Below, piece by piece: positions 52,913-64,000 of a DNA stretch of 64,000 nt. This DNA is from Octopus sinensis (Eukaryota): assembly GCF_006345805.1 (NCBI RefSeq), contig NC_043008.1:75950001-76014000 (forward strand), in the 5' to 3' direction. A program made the translations under genes and the position numbers. Numbering within the stretch: position 1 is the first letter of the stretch; the number at the start of each line of letters is the position of its first letter. The notes beneath the pieces are model-generated. The model was not told the origin of the DNA. It was given only the letters and a program-made list of their open reading frames with translations, and made no database searches.

Positions 52913-53896
52913 TGTATATTACGTATATTGTCTTGAGAGTGTCATTACGCTAGACCATTAATAATAAACACACGCAGTGGTTCATTATCACTTCTTCGTT
53001 GTTGGTCAATTGGTTAAAAGTCTAACCAAGTAATAAGTCATGGTTTGCTTAATGTGTTGGATAAACAATGAATGCACCAATGAGGACATTTTCAATAATC
53101 ACTATAATCAGGTCCTCCTCATTAGGGATTTTTCTCAGAAAATTTCTTGCGAAAGATTATTCTGAAAAACAAGTTCGAACTACTGATTCTTCATAACGAT
53201 TATGCTACTTCAACATCCATCTCTGCCACTAGCTCAACTAAGATTACATAGCTCGCTACTTTTTGTCGTTGAAACATAGTTAGTGGAAACTCTGCTAGCT
53301 ATATAACTACAACGATTCATAGCATTTCTTCTCCCTCTCTTCCAACGTCAATACATCTGCCCTTTTCCATCTTACTTATTTTTGTTCTCGACGCAACTGA
53401 CACATTTTGCCGTCTTTATAATTTCTGTGTTTACGTCCTTTTGTAAGTCCTCATGTTGACTATCACTTGTTGCATACTACATGTCTGTTTGTGTGTATGC
53501 TGACCATCCACAAGATTTCCCTTTTTTAATTTCTTTTTCGCTTCACACAGGTCTCTTTTCGATCAAGCCTCTCTAGACTATTTCCCTTTTTATAACCACT
53601 TTTCCTTTTCCAACAGTCTTTCATTATGCGAATCGGTTGTAAAGATAATACTCTATTACTTGATTTATTTGTTTATGCAACATGCCATCTGAAATCATGC
53701 TTTCGGCTTACTATAATGTATCCCTCTTTTTCTGCTCAGAACACCCAACACACGTACCTACATACATACACACACACAATCACTCACTCAGACACACACA
53801 TACATACACACATACACACATACATACATACACACATACAGACATACACACATACATTACAGTTATATACCACTTTATATATGCATTGTAGTATGT

Positions 53897-53947
<51 letters not shown>

Positions 53948-54160
53948 GGGTGTATGGGAGCTATTGGTATCCAGAAGACGCAAGATGGTGGGTAAGGCTA
54001 TGTAATTGCGACGGGGGAGGGGGCGTAGTTAAAACTGTGCGACAATAATACGAGTGAGGAGTCTAATTCGAGTCTTGTGTGAGCATCTATATGTTAAATA
54101 AAATGAGACAACAAAACCAAGATTTTGTGGAATTTATAGAACATTTATAGAGATAAAAGT

Positions 54161-54237
54161 AGTTTTACAGCTGCTTCAAGGATATTAGGGATTTCCTTCC
54201 AGTTAACTCATATCGTCTCTGATGAAGGGATATCCTT
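54161..54237. ncRNA. Inverted, truncated pair of HHR halves (same family as 39941-40340)
   Basis: Minus ATATCCTTGAAGCAGCTGTA; plus GTCT-CTGATGA-AGGGATAT, cut off by (TA)n. Confidence 0.55.
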
Positions 54238-54238
54238 A

Positions 54239-54275
<37 letters not shown>

Positions 54276-54284
54276 ATATATATA

Positions 54285-54620
54285 AACACAGGATGTGTGT
54301 CTGTCTGTGTGTTTGTCGTATCGTTATAACTCGAAATTCAACTAACCGATTTTAATGGAATTTTATACATGCCTTACATAGGGTCCATGCAGTGTCATGG
54401 ACCAAAGTAATTTTCAGCTTCTTGCCTAATGCGGGCACCCAGGCAGATAGACCACATTTTAAAGGCATTTAGGCAGATATAAGTCCCGTAACTTGAAACG
54501 TAACCAGACATATCGAATTGCTACTGATTAAAAAGAATTGCTGCTGACTAAATAGATGTGCCCTCTTGAAGTTTCAGTTTTCCAGTCAAGGGCAACGAAG
54601 CATGGCCCGGTGGCATGTCT
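54285..54620 (+). mobile_element. Probable non-autonomous Helitron-derived element
   Basis: (TGTC)n, ATAACTCG...AACCGATTTTAATGGAATT 5' motif and a GGGC..GCCC subterminal hairpin; CTAG end not clear. Confidence 0.45.
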
Positions 54621-54798
54621 GCTTTTTATGTCATCCATGTCTGAATTATCTAATGCAAAATGTTTATCCACAAATCAAACTACTGTTATAAATCACAACC
54701 ATTTGAGTTTCACTGCGTGACCACTTCCGGCAGCTACTCTCACCACCTACAATTAGTCCCTTCCTGTGTACACTCTCCCATTTAGTCGGACGAGTACA

Positions 54799-55284
54799 TA
54801 AAGGGTGTCCCAGAATAAATGATGATTTTAATGAAATTGCATGCATTTTTTTAACAACTCACTTTTATTTTTGTTTATCATATTTAATATGTTTTAAAAG
54901 TGAATAAAGTTTGGATTTCGTTTATAATTTTACTTTCATTCTTGTTCGATCCCTCTTATTTGTCCATGACAGCGTTTTTTTTCAATTTGGCAGCAATCCT
55001 TTACTTTACCTCCATCCACAAGAAGGAGCAATCGTTTAGCTGAGCTTAAAGGACACATTCGGTTAGCAGTGCAGGAGCTAAATCCTGAAAAGCTTCAAAA
55101 TATTCTTCACAATGCTAAGGAAATGTTTGAAGTACTCAGGGACGCAGATATACTGAAACTTTTCAATAAAGGATTGATGTAAGATTTATAAATCTGTTTT
55201 GGTAATCAACATAAAATTAAGAGTGTTTTTATTTTATTTGCTCAATTTCATTGAATCAGATAGTTAATTCTGGAACGCCCAGTA
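54799..55284. mobile_element. Tc1/mariner-derived MITE
   Basis: Imperfect TIRs TAAAGGGTGTCCCAGAATAAAT and AGTTAATTCTGGAACGCCCAGTA with terminal TA. Confidence 0.6.
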
Positions 55285-55419
55285 TGGTGTAATGTTGATA
55301 GTTGTCGCGCTGCACGAGTAACTATTAAAATCATAGGTCCTCTCCTCGTAAATATTTTATATTTTCGTTAAGCATATTGTATCAAGAAGTATATTTTCCA
55401 AAATGTATCATTCCTTTAT

Positions 55420-55540
55420 AGGCGTGGTTGTGTGGTTGAAAAGCTTGTTCTGCAACCGTATCGCGTTGGGTTCAGTCTAAATATGCGGCCCGTTGGGCAG
55501 TTCATTTTCATTACAACTCGGTGCCGACCAAAGCCTTTTG
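55420..55540 (+). mobile_element. Degenerate CORE-like SINE head
   Basis: aggcgtggttgtgtggt...gggttcagtc...ttgggcag...ccgaccaaagcctt. Confidence 0.6.
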
Positions 55541-55806
55541 CATTATATAATTGCCATTACTGTATTGATATATAAAATAACACATACAACTCATATATTA
55601 TTGTCATATAATAAACAAACAGACGTTTGTGGATGAAATTGATATTTTTGTCTACTTCAGTTATACTTATTATAAAATCCAGACATACAGAAGGATAAAT
55701 CTATATATTAGCACTTTGAATGTGGTTCCCGTGAAAGAGTAAAAGTAATAACTCAATCTACGACGGATATTAGTGTTAGGATACATTATTATTATTATTA
55801 TTATCA

Positions 55807-55860
<54 letters not shown>

Positions 55861-55873
55861 TATTATTATTATT

Positions 55874-56660
55874 GAGTGAGAGAGCAGTGCATGCCATCAA
55901 AGTGACACTGGGGTAAAATATACGAAGCCCAGTATACCCATCATGACTACCCGTCTGATAAGGGTACACCAGGCACATGCATCACAACCATATGTGCACC
56001 ACATGGTGATCTCATATCAAGATGAACAGCACATGACCTTGCAGGTGGGGGCCCAGTTAGAAATATCTTCAGGTTGAGTAGCCCATCCCGCTCAAAAGGT
56101 CCCTGAATAAGGGTTGTTTAAGGATGTTGAAAGAACAACCCATGTTTCCAAAGGTGAATTATCCAAACCCCAAAAAATCCCTCTCAACACATGGCTATGA
56201 TGCTCCCCCACTACTTCTGCTCGTGATCAGAGATGCACATATCGTCAGCCACTAAGGGACAGGCTCAACTGGTAAAGGTCAAACAACTGACAAGAAAATC
56301 TGTGGTATTGAGCAGACTATTTGCTGTAGCCCATCTTTTATACCAAGACAAAACAATGTACATGATAACACTTCCAATCAGTTAAGATCAGGAGCCATGA
56401 GAGCCACTGCCTGGTACTGCATCAGGGCACTGCTCCCCCACTACTTCTGCTCGTGATCAGAGATGCACATATCGTCAGCCACTAAGGGACAGGCTCAACT
56501 GGTAAAGGTCAAACAACTGACAAGCAAATCTGTGGTATTGAGCAGAATATTTGCTGTAGCCCATCTTTTATACCAAGACAAAACAATGTACATGATAACA
56601 CTTCCAATCAGTTAAGATCAGGAGCCATGAGAGCCACTGCCTGGTACTGCATCAGGGCAC
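55874..56660 (-). mobile_element. (TAA)n-associated non-coding element with 230-bp head duplication
   Basis: Monomer 55874-56430; 56201-56430 is repeated at 56431-56660; (TTA)n on both sides. Confidence 0.92.
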
Positions 56661-56725
<65 letters not shown>

Positions 56726-56780
56726 TATTATTATTATTATTATTATTTATTATTATTATTATTATATTATTATTATTATT

Positions 56781-57567
56781 GAGTGAGAGAGCAGTGCATG
56801 CCATCAAAGTGACACTGGGGTAAAATATACGAAGCCCAGTATACCCATCATGACTACCCGTCTGATAAGGGTACACCAGGCACATGCATCACAACCATAT
56901 GTGCACCACATGGTGATCTCATATCAAGATGAACAGCACATGACCTTGCAGGTGGGGGCCCAGTTAGAAATATCTTCAGGTTGAGTAGCCCATCCCGCTC
57001 AAAAGGTCCCTGAATAAGGGTTGTTTAAGGATGTTGAAAGAACAACCCATGTTTCCAAAGGTGAATTATCCAAACCCCAAAAAATCCCTCTCAACACATG
57101 GCTATGATGCTCCCCCACTACTTCTGCTCGTGATCAGAGATGCACATATCGTCAGCCACTAAGGGACAGGCTCAACTGGTAAAGGTCAAACAACTGACAA
57201 GAAAATCTGTGGTATTGAGCAGACTATTTGCTGTAGCCCATCTTTTATACCAAGACAAAACAATGTACATGATAACACTTCCAATCAGTTAAGATCAGGA
57301 GCCATGAGAGCCACTGCCTGGTACTGCATCAGGGCACTGCTCCCCCACTACTTCTGCTCGTGATCAGAGATGCACATATCGTCAGCCACTAAGGGACAGG
57401 CTCAACTGGTAAAGGTCAAACAACTGACAAGCAAATCTGTGGTATTGAGCAGAATATTTGCTGTAGCCCATCTTTTATACCAAGACAAAACAATGTACAT
57501 GATAACACTTCCAATCAGTTAAGATCAGGAGCCATGAGAGCCACTGCCTGGTACTGCATCAGGGCAC
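56781..57567 (-). mobile_element. Apparently identical tandem copy of 55874-56660 (907-bp period)
   Basis: Same length and the same diagnostic substitutions in both sub-repeats. Confidence 0.92.
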
Positions 57568-57644
<77 letters not shown>

Positions 57645-57678
57645 ATTATTATTAATATTATTATTACTATTATTATTA

Positions 57679-57751
<73 letters not shown>

Positions 57752-58627
57752 CATTATTCAATCCAAGGAAAAAACAATTTCCTTCAAACAGATGGAAAAC
57801 TTCACTTGTTCTTTAATTAAATACCACAATATAGTAAAGAAAAAATCGGGACATAAAATGGTATAATTTCAATATATATTAATATTAAAGGAAATAGAGA
57901 AATACAATTGACTTATCATAAAATTATTAAGATTATGATATGATACAATTACAATATAATATAAAATAATATAATATAATATAATACAATATAACAAATA
58001 ATTAAATCAAACATATATCCTACAATTTGTTTTGATGCATATCCATTCGTGAGTTTACAAAAAAATTCACGTTTAGGTATATAAATCTCGTCACAAAAAT
58101 AGACAAAAATGTCATGCAACAAAGGCTAAATCATAAAACAGTCTGATTTAATATATACCTATGTTTACAAACGTGAGCGTAAATAATTTTATATATTATA
58201 AAATCAAAACGAAAATTCTAATAGAAAAATATATTAAATGGACAAATCAGTTAGAACGGTCATAAAATCTTTTTATGCATCTTTCATAATATTAATCTAA
58301 AAATAAAATTTATATAATATAAATTTATATAAAATTTATATAATATTTAGTATGTTAAGAATTTATGGTGGAGTAGAAAATTTACATATAAGCACTATGT
58401 AGATATATTGACGTCTCATAGTGATACTTTTATCCAAGGTACACTTGTTTAATATATTGTTTTTTGAAAAGATATTTCTTCAATGGATATATTATATAAA
58501 ATATCATGAAATATCAAATACTGAAAACGGAGAGATCCAATGGGTATAAATGAATTTATGAAACATACAAACATATACTAAATACACAGACGAACGGAAA
58601 ACGCAGAAGGTCAGTTATCGACCAGAG

Positions 58628-60125
58628 GGTCAAGCGCACTTTCGTCCAGTATCGAACCATGTTTTTTTGAATTCAAGCTCTCCATCCCCTACTCCCAATT
58701 CATCCGTCTGCATAGGATCTACAGAGACAACCTCAACTTTGTGACCGAGTCTCAACTCATGCCTCGCCAATTCGTCCTTCGTAGATATCTTCTCACCAGT
58801 ACCCACACAGTCCTTCTCACAGCATGTTATGAGGACCCTGCATCTGATCTGTCTCCCTGCACCCGCTCCGCCATTTTCTGTATCATATTTTCCGTCAGCT
58901 ACCACCCCTCCAACATGCTCCACAAACGCACCATTCTCCGTGCCTTCCGGCGATTCCATTCCCAACCACTCCACCTTGCATATCTTCCGCAACCTACCCC
59001 TGTCTTCCTTCAAATGAGCCCACAGCCTGCTTGATATCCTGATCAACATTTCCTTCCTTAACCCCACATCCCAACTTGACTCGTTCCCCTGCTCCCACCC
59101 ACGCTGCCGCACTTGCCCCTACCTCTCCAACAACACCTCCTCACAGGCACCCATCATCCTCCCTATCACTCACCGACTTCTTTACCTGTACCTCTAGCAG
59201 CGTTATTTACTGCATCTCCTACTCTTTCTGCTCTTCTCTGTACATCGGTCAAACGGAACGCCGCTTGGCTGACGCTTTCGCGGAGAACCTCCGAGACACC
59301 AAACTCGGCAATGACATCCCGGTGTCGCACCAATTCCGCTCTACTGGTCATTCACTACAATAATTGTCTATGTTCGTATTGTCTTTGAACAGGGGCCATC
59401 CGAACTCCCGCCTTCGCCACGAACACGAATTAATCTCCGCGTTTTTGACGTTCATGGGCTCAAAATTCCTTTCCCTGTTCATCTGACTCAATTCCTCTCC
59501 TCTCTCCACTGGAACCTACTTCCTCACTTAACTCCTACCCACCTCTCCTCTCCTCCCTTCTTCTGACACCTACTTCCTCTCTTTATTTCTACCCACATTC
59601 TCTCTTCATTTATACACCCTCCACCCACACACTCCCCACCACTACCCACACCACACCACACACCTCACCATCACAACACTACACCATATCACACTACTTC
59701 CATAGCAATCGTCACACACTAGCACAGACCACTTCCCAGCATCCACACCACACATCATCATCCGCACACCTACACATAACAGACGCACACCCTAACACAC
59801 GATAAAGTTACTAACCCTTATCCACACGCACTTACACATTATCACATACACAAACGCACGCGCGCATTGTGGGATAACTAAATACATTATTATTTCCCCT
59901 TCTTTCTACCTCTCCTGTGAAACCCTTTTTTTCTAACCTGTCAACATGCGTGACCACTAAATCCACACGTTTTTTATTCTTTCTGTTTATTTTCTCGCAT
60001 TCTTTTGTGGTGCAGAATATAGGCTCGAAACGTAAAAGACTTTCTTACCTTCATGAGCATCAAATTAATACACCTGCTTCTTGTTCATACACCTGTCTTC
60101 GTCTCTTGTTTTCCTGTAAATTTCA
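58628..60125 (+). mobile_element. Neptune-like PLE 3' remnant (GIY-YIG plus pyrimidine-rich 3' region)
   Basis: FPCSHPRCRTCPY linker; FTCTSSSVIYCISYSFCSSLYIGQTERRLADAF.E; PVSHQF; decayed HHR 3' half GCTC GAAAC GTA AAAGA at ~60022-60039. Confidence 0.85.
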
Positions 60126-60138
60126 ACTATATATATAT

Positions 60139-60183
<45 letters not shown>

Positions 60184-60680
60184 CATCTTTAATTTCTTTT
60201 CTGTCAATAACTCAAATGTAAATTTCTTCTCCGTTGACGTAGGCTCGTATTTATCGATGATGGAATCAATTTCCAATCATTATTTTGCACCACCAATCTC
60301 CCAGAAACAGCTGTTGGACTTGTAAATCTCTTAGTCAATCCCTTTAATTCCTGATATCATTTCTTTTCGATGTAAGTCGGGTCGATTTATAAGTAATCAT
60401 ATCCACATTTTTTGTTTTAAACGTATTTAGTATTTTTGTATATTGATTGCTTAACTTGCTTATTCTTCCATTTACTCCTCTACCTGTCCATGTTTTAACT
60501 TCTTGAGCAAAACGAAGGTTTTTCTATGCAGAAAATATCTACCTCACATCTATAAATTATATATACATGTGCGTGCATGTGTGTGTGCTTACATACATAC
60601 ATACATATATGTATCTGAAATTGCGTTATTATCTCGATGATTTGATATTGTCACTCTACCTCCATTTCGTCGTCATAATG

Positions 60681-60845
<165 letters not shown>

Positions 60846-61080
60846 ACACAAACACAAAAATGTAGTCAGTTCAAATAAACAAACAGTTCCTTTAAACGGA
60901 TAAAAATGAAAAAAAAGGACAAAAACAACGAATGTAAGGCCGATGCATAAGAAAGGAGAGAGTTTAACGTCGGAAAGGAGAAAGGGAAAGTCCAAAGAAG
61001 GAAGACAAGAAGGAATCGCCAACAGGTTGCGTGTAGTTACACTGCTGATATATATACATGTATGTGTATGTGTATATGTA

Positions 61081-61133
<53 letters not shown>

Positions 61134-61190
61134 TATATATATATTATATATATATAAAAATAAAAATAAAAACATGAGGCGAAGGATTCA

Positions 61191-61268
61191 GCGGTACATA
61201 TGTTTCGGGCCTTTATTAGACAGATTCATAACAAATCATAATGTATGTCTGTGGCCTTCTTCAGCCGC
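61191..61268 (-). ncRNA. Minimal-type hammerhead with extended stem II
   Basis: Minus GCGG-CTGAAGA-a-GGCC acagac...gtct aataaa GGCC-c-GAAAC ATAT GTA-CCGC: stem I GCGG/CCGC, palindromic ACATATGT stem III. Confidence 0.75.
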
Positions 61269-62941
61269 GCACAACAGCTTCCACAAGGACATGTGTTACT
61301 TCCGAAATTCTTGGTTGGGGATGCAAATCTTCTCGTTCCCGTACGACATAATGCGGCAGCAGCATCGAATTGAATCGTCCATCTCCTTCTTCTCTCAGTG
61401 TAGAATGAGAAAACTTGGATGTTGAGGTAATGTAAATAAATAAATACGTATGTAGAGGTGAAGATGGAGGGGCGAGAGTTCGGGATGAGGGATAAAAATA
61501 TAAAATAATATAAAATAATATAAAAATGTAGAGGATAAAGATATAAAGAGTTGTAAGGAGATGTAAAGGGGGTATAAAGAAATATAAAGAAATATAAATA
61601 AATGTAAAGGCATAATGTTGTAAAGTAAAAATAGAAATGGAAATAATAGTAAAAGAAGTAAAAGAACCTGATAAAAACATGATAAAAGTGTAAAAGAATG
61701 TAAAGATAAGGGATGTATAGAGGTCGCGGACCCAGCATGGTGGTCAGGAGATTGATAAAACCTAGTTGTAGAACTGTCAGTAAATTAACGGTTTCGTCGT
61801 AAATCAGAGCTGATGAGAGTTTAATCTGGTTCCTTGAATTAAATGGACTTCCAGTACATACATATCATCATGGGTACATACACCCACATACACGCGTACA
61901 TATACGTCTCCAAGTCTATAAGCAAACACACGCACTCGCGTGTAAACACGTACATAAACACACACGCACCCACACGCACACGCGCACACACACGTACATA
62001 CAACAGAATATCCGCATATATAGACGGACATTACGCGCGTACACGCTCACATGTATATACGCGCGGCCCTCACTACATACGTACACGTATATGCCCACGT
62101 CTCTAGGTCTAGGTATAAGATATTAAAGGATGTGTATAAGAACGTATGTAAAGAATCCCGTACTCATGTTAATACGCGCACGCACACACGGCTGTGTGTC
62201 CGTATGTGCGTGCACATATATATATTCACATACACACACAGAGACACACGCGCCCATGGGTATAGTCATAAGATATCGAAGTATGCATGTACATATACGC
62301 GCGCGCATATGTATGTATGCGCATACACACGTACGCGGACGCTCGGATACTCAAAAGGCGGATCCATAGGTAAGTAAATAAACATATATAGAGGTGTAAA
62401 GCGATAAATTAGGGGTAAGAATGAGGGTAAGGGTAAAGATTAGAAATAAAAAATACAGTATAAATAAGAAATACAATGTAATAGTTAGAAATGAAATATA
62501 AGAATTATAAGGGTTATAAGAGTTAAGGTAAGGGATGAAAATGAAAATGAGAGTAAATGGCAGTAGAATAAACGTAAAAATAAAAGTAAAAATAAAATTA
62601 AAAATAAAAATAAATGGAAGCAGGATAAAAGTAAAAATAAAAATGAAAATAAAAATAAAAATAAAAATAAAAATAAAAATAAAAATAAAAATAAAATATA
62701 AAAATAAAAAAATAAGGTAAAAATATAATTTTGTAAAGTTTAACATGAGATGGAGGTGGCCCACATATATATATATATATATGTGTATATGTACACACAC
62801 ATACACGTGTGTGCACATACACACGCACACACACACGCACACACACACACATACACACTCACATATAGGAAAACGGGATGTGCTGGAGCCGACAGGTTGC
62901 ACCGGGTGGGAGGAAATAGCATGGGGGAGTTGGTATAAGAC

Positions 62942-64000
62942 CTAAGCATTGTAGTATTTGAAAGTATTAATAAGTTTATGTATACAGGATGGTTTGAACT
63001 CTGACCTTTTGTTAATAAGATTGTGTTTGTCTTTGAATTTCAAGATGTTCAGGAGTTCTACACAGCATAGTTGGCATCCTGCTCTATTATTTAAATAAGG
63101 TGCAGCTGATCCGATGATGGACCATCTGAGTTTGAAGCTTATGCATTTGTCTTTTAATTCCCAAATTCTTTTAGAGAGGGAGGTGCTGTTAGCCTTATGT
63201 CTATGTCTCAGCGAGGACCGGTGGTTGTAGTATCTGGATTTCCAGGAGGTTGAGCAACCAATATAGGTGAGTGTGTTAAATTGAGTACTCACCTCACATG
63301 AGTATATTACGTTTTTCGCCCTGCATGCGCCCTGCAACGGGCACTCTGATGCACATCTGCAGTTGCATTGCATTGCATTATTCGGTCGTGTGCTGCTAAT
63401 CCTAGGCGGAGGTGTTGCAATACGAGTGGGGGCGTTGGTATCCTCCTGGTTGTTGATGGGTGTAGTGTTTCCTCTGTTGTGTTGGCGGGTGTTATTACTA
63501 GCTGCTTGGGTATTATGGTTGCCAGTCTGGTTATAATGCCTACTGTCTAGATGAGGGGGGTTCTGTTGTTCGCTATGGTTTGCTCTTGATCTAGCTGTTC
63601 TAATATTAATATAGTTGTGTTTAGCTAAGAGGCAGCTCATGTTGGGCAGGGTAGAGTAGGAAATCCTAATAGTTTTGTTGGAGAAGATACTTCTATATTT
63701 GTGGGTGGGTGGGAAGTTGTTGGAAATTATAGAGAATATTCTTTTACATAACCTACCCCTAACTGCTAAGTTGAAAGGTATGTTGAACCATATGTATTTG
63801 CGTAATCTACTATTATCCCTTCTATTTCTCCTAATAGGATCTATATTGTTCCCGTCGGGAGGGTTACTATTGTGTGCTGTTCTATTAGTTCGCCTATTTC
63901 CTATACGTTGTTTGGAGTTTGAATTAGACTTATCGGTAGTGTGAGTTGAGTGCTGAGTTCGATTATAATTGGGAGTCTTATGGTCGACGGACGCTCCCGG
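62942..64000 (-). CDS. Naiad-like PLE polyprotein C-terminus (linker + GIY-YIG endonuclease), open past the window edge
   Basis: Frame has no stop from 64000 to the stop at 62942: YIWFNIPF, ISYSTLPNM, CNCR..CPLQGAC, VIY..YIG..RYYNH..SLSKRIWELK, CQLC..E, INKRSE..CIH. Confidence 0.88.
   Translation of the reverse strand, partial: PGASVDHKTPNYNRTQHSTHTTDKSNSNSKQRIGNRRTNRTAHNSNPPDGNNIDPIRRNRRDNSRLRKYIWFNIPFNLAVRGRLCKRIFSIISNNFPPTHKYRSIFSNKTIRISYSTLPNMSCLLAKHNYINIRTARSRANHSEQQNPPHLDSRHYNQTGNHNTQAASNNTRQHNRGNTTPINNQEDTNAPTRIATPPPRISSTRPNNAMQCNCRCASECPLQGACRAKNVIYSCEVSTQFNTLTYIGCSTSWKSRYYNHRSSLRHRHKANSTSLSKRIWELKDKCISFKLRWSIIGSAAPYLNNRAGCQLCCVELLNILKFKDKHNLINKRSEFKPSCIHKLINTFKYYNA

Noticed and set aside
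55874-57567. Regular repeats suggestive of a CRISPR array
   Set aside because: Units are 230 and 907 bp with no unique spacers and no cas genes; eukaryotic context.
61785-61860. CTGATGA (+) and GACGAAACCGTTA (-) motifs
   Set aside because: The boxes are on opposite strands and neither completes an HHR fold.
62860-63640. Selenoprotein recoding (UGA plus SECIS) in the Naiad-like ORF
   Set aside because: No in-frame TGA in the visible ORF and no evident AUGA/AA/GA SECIS stem immediately downstream.

Overview
AT-rich, microsatellite-dense animal genomic DNA, almost entirely transposable-element derived. The SINE repertoire and repeat landscape look cephalopod (Octopus-like); this is an inference. 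No intact host gene, rRNA, functional tRNA or CRISPR array can be supported, and most ORF-track entries are microsatellite translations. Recognisable content: (i) R4/Dong-clade non-LTR retrotransposons with a restriction-like endonuclease, as two near-full-length decayed copies plus fragments of other subfamilies, all on the minus strand and mostly embedded in (TAA)n; (ii) a ~557-bp non-coding element in 7 copies, also always in (TAA)n, whose head weakly resembles 5S rRNA; (iii) several Penelope-like element (PLE) GIY-YIG remnants, one open through the right edge; (iv) many minimal type I hammerhead ribozyme (HHR) motifs, in a 337-bp retrozyme-like repeat, in long inverted repeats (one with a U3-A8 covariant core) and in a tRNA-head/(AAT)n/HHR composite; (v) tRNA-derived SINEs and RTE, Helitron and Tc1/mariner remnants; (vi) two near-identical tandem duplications that may be assembly artefacts. 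Coordinates were read by eye and element ends are approximate.
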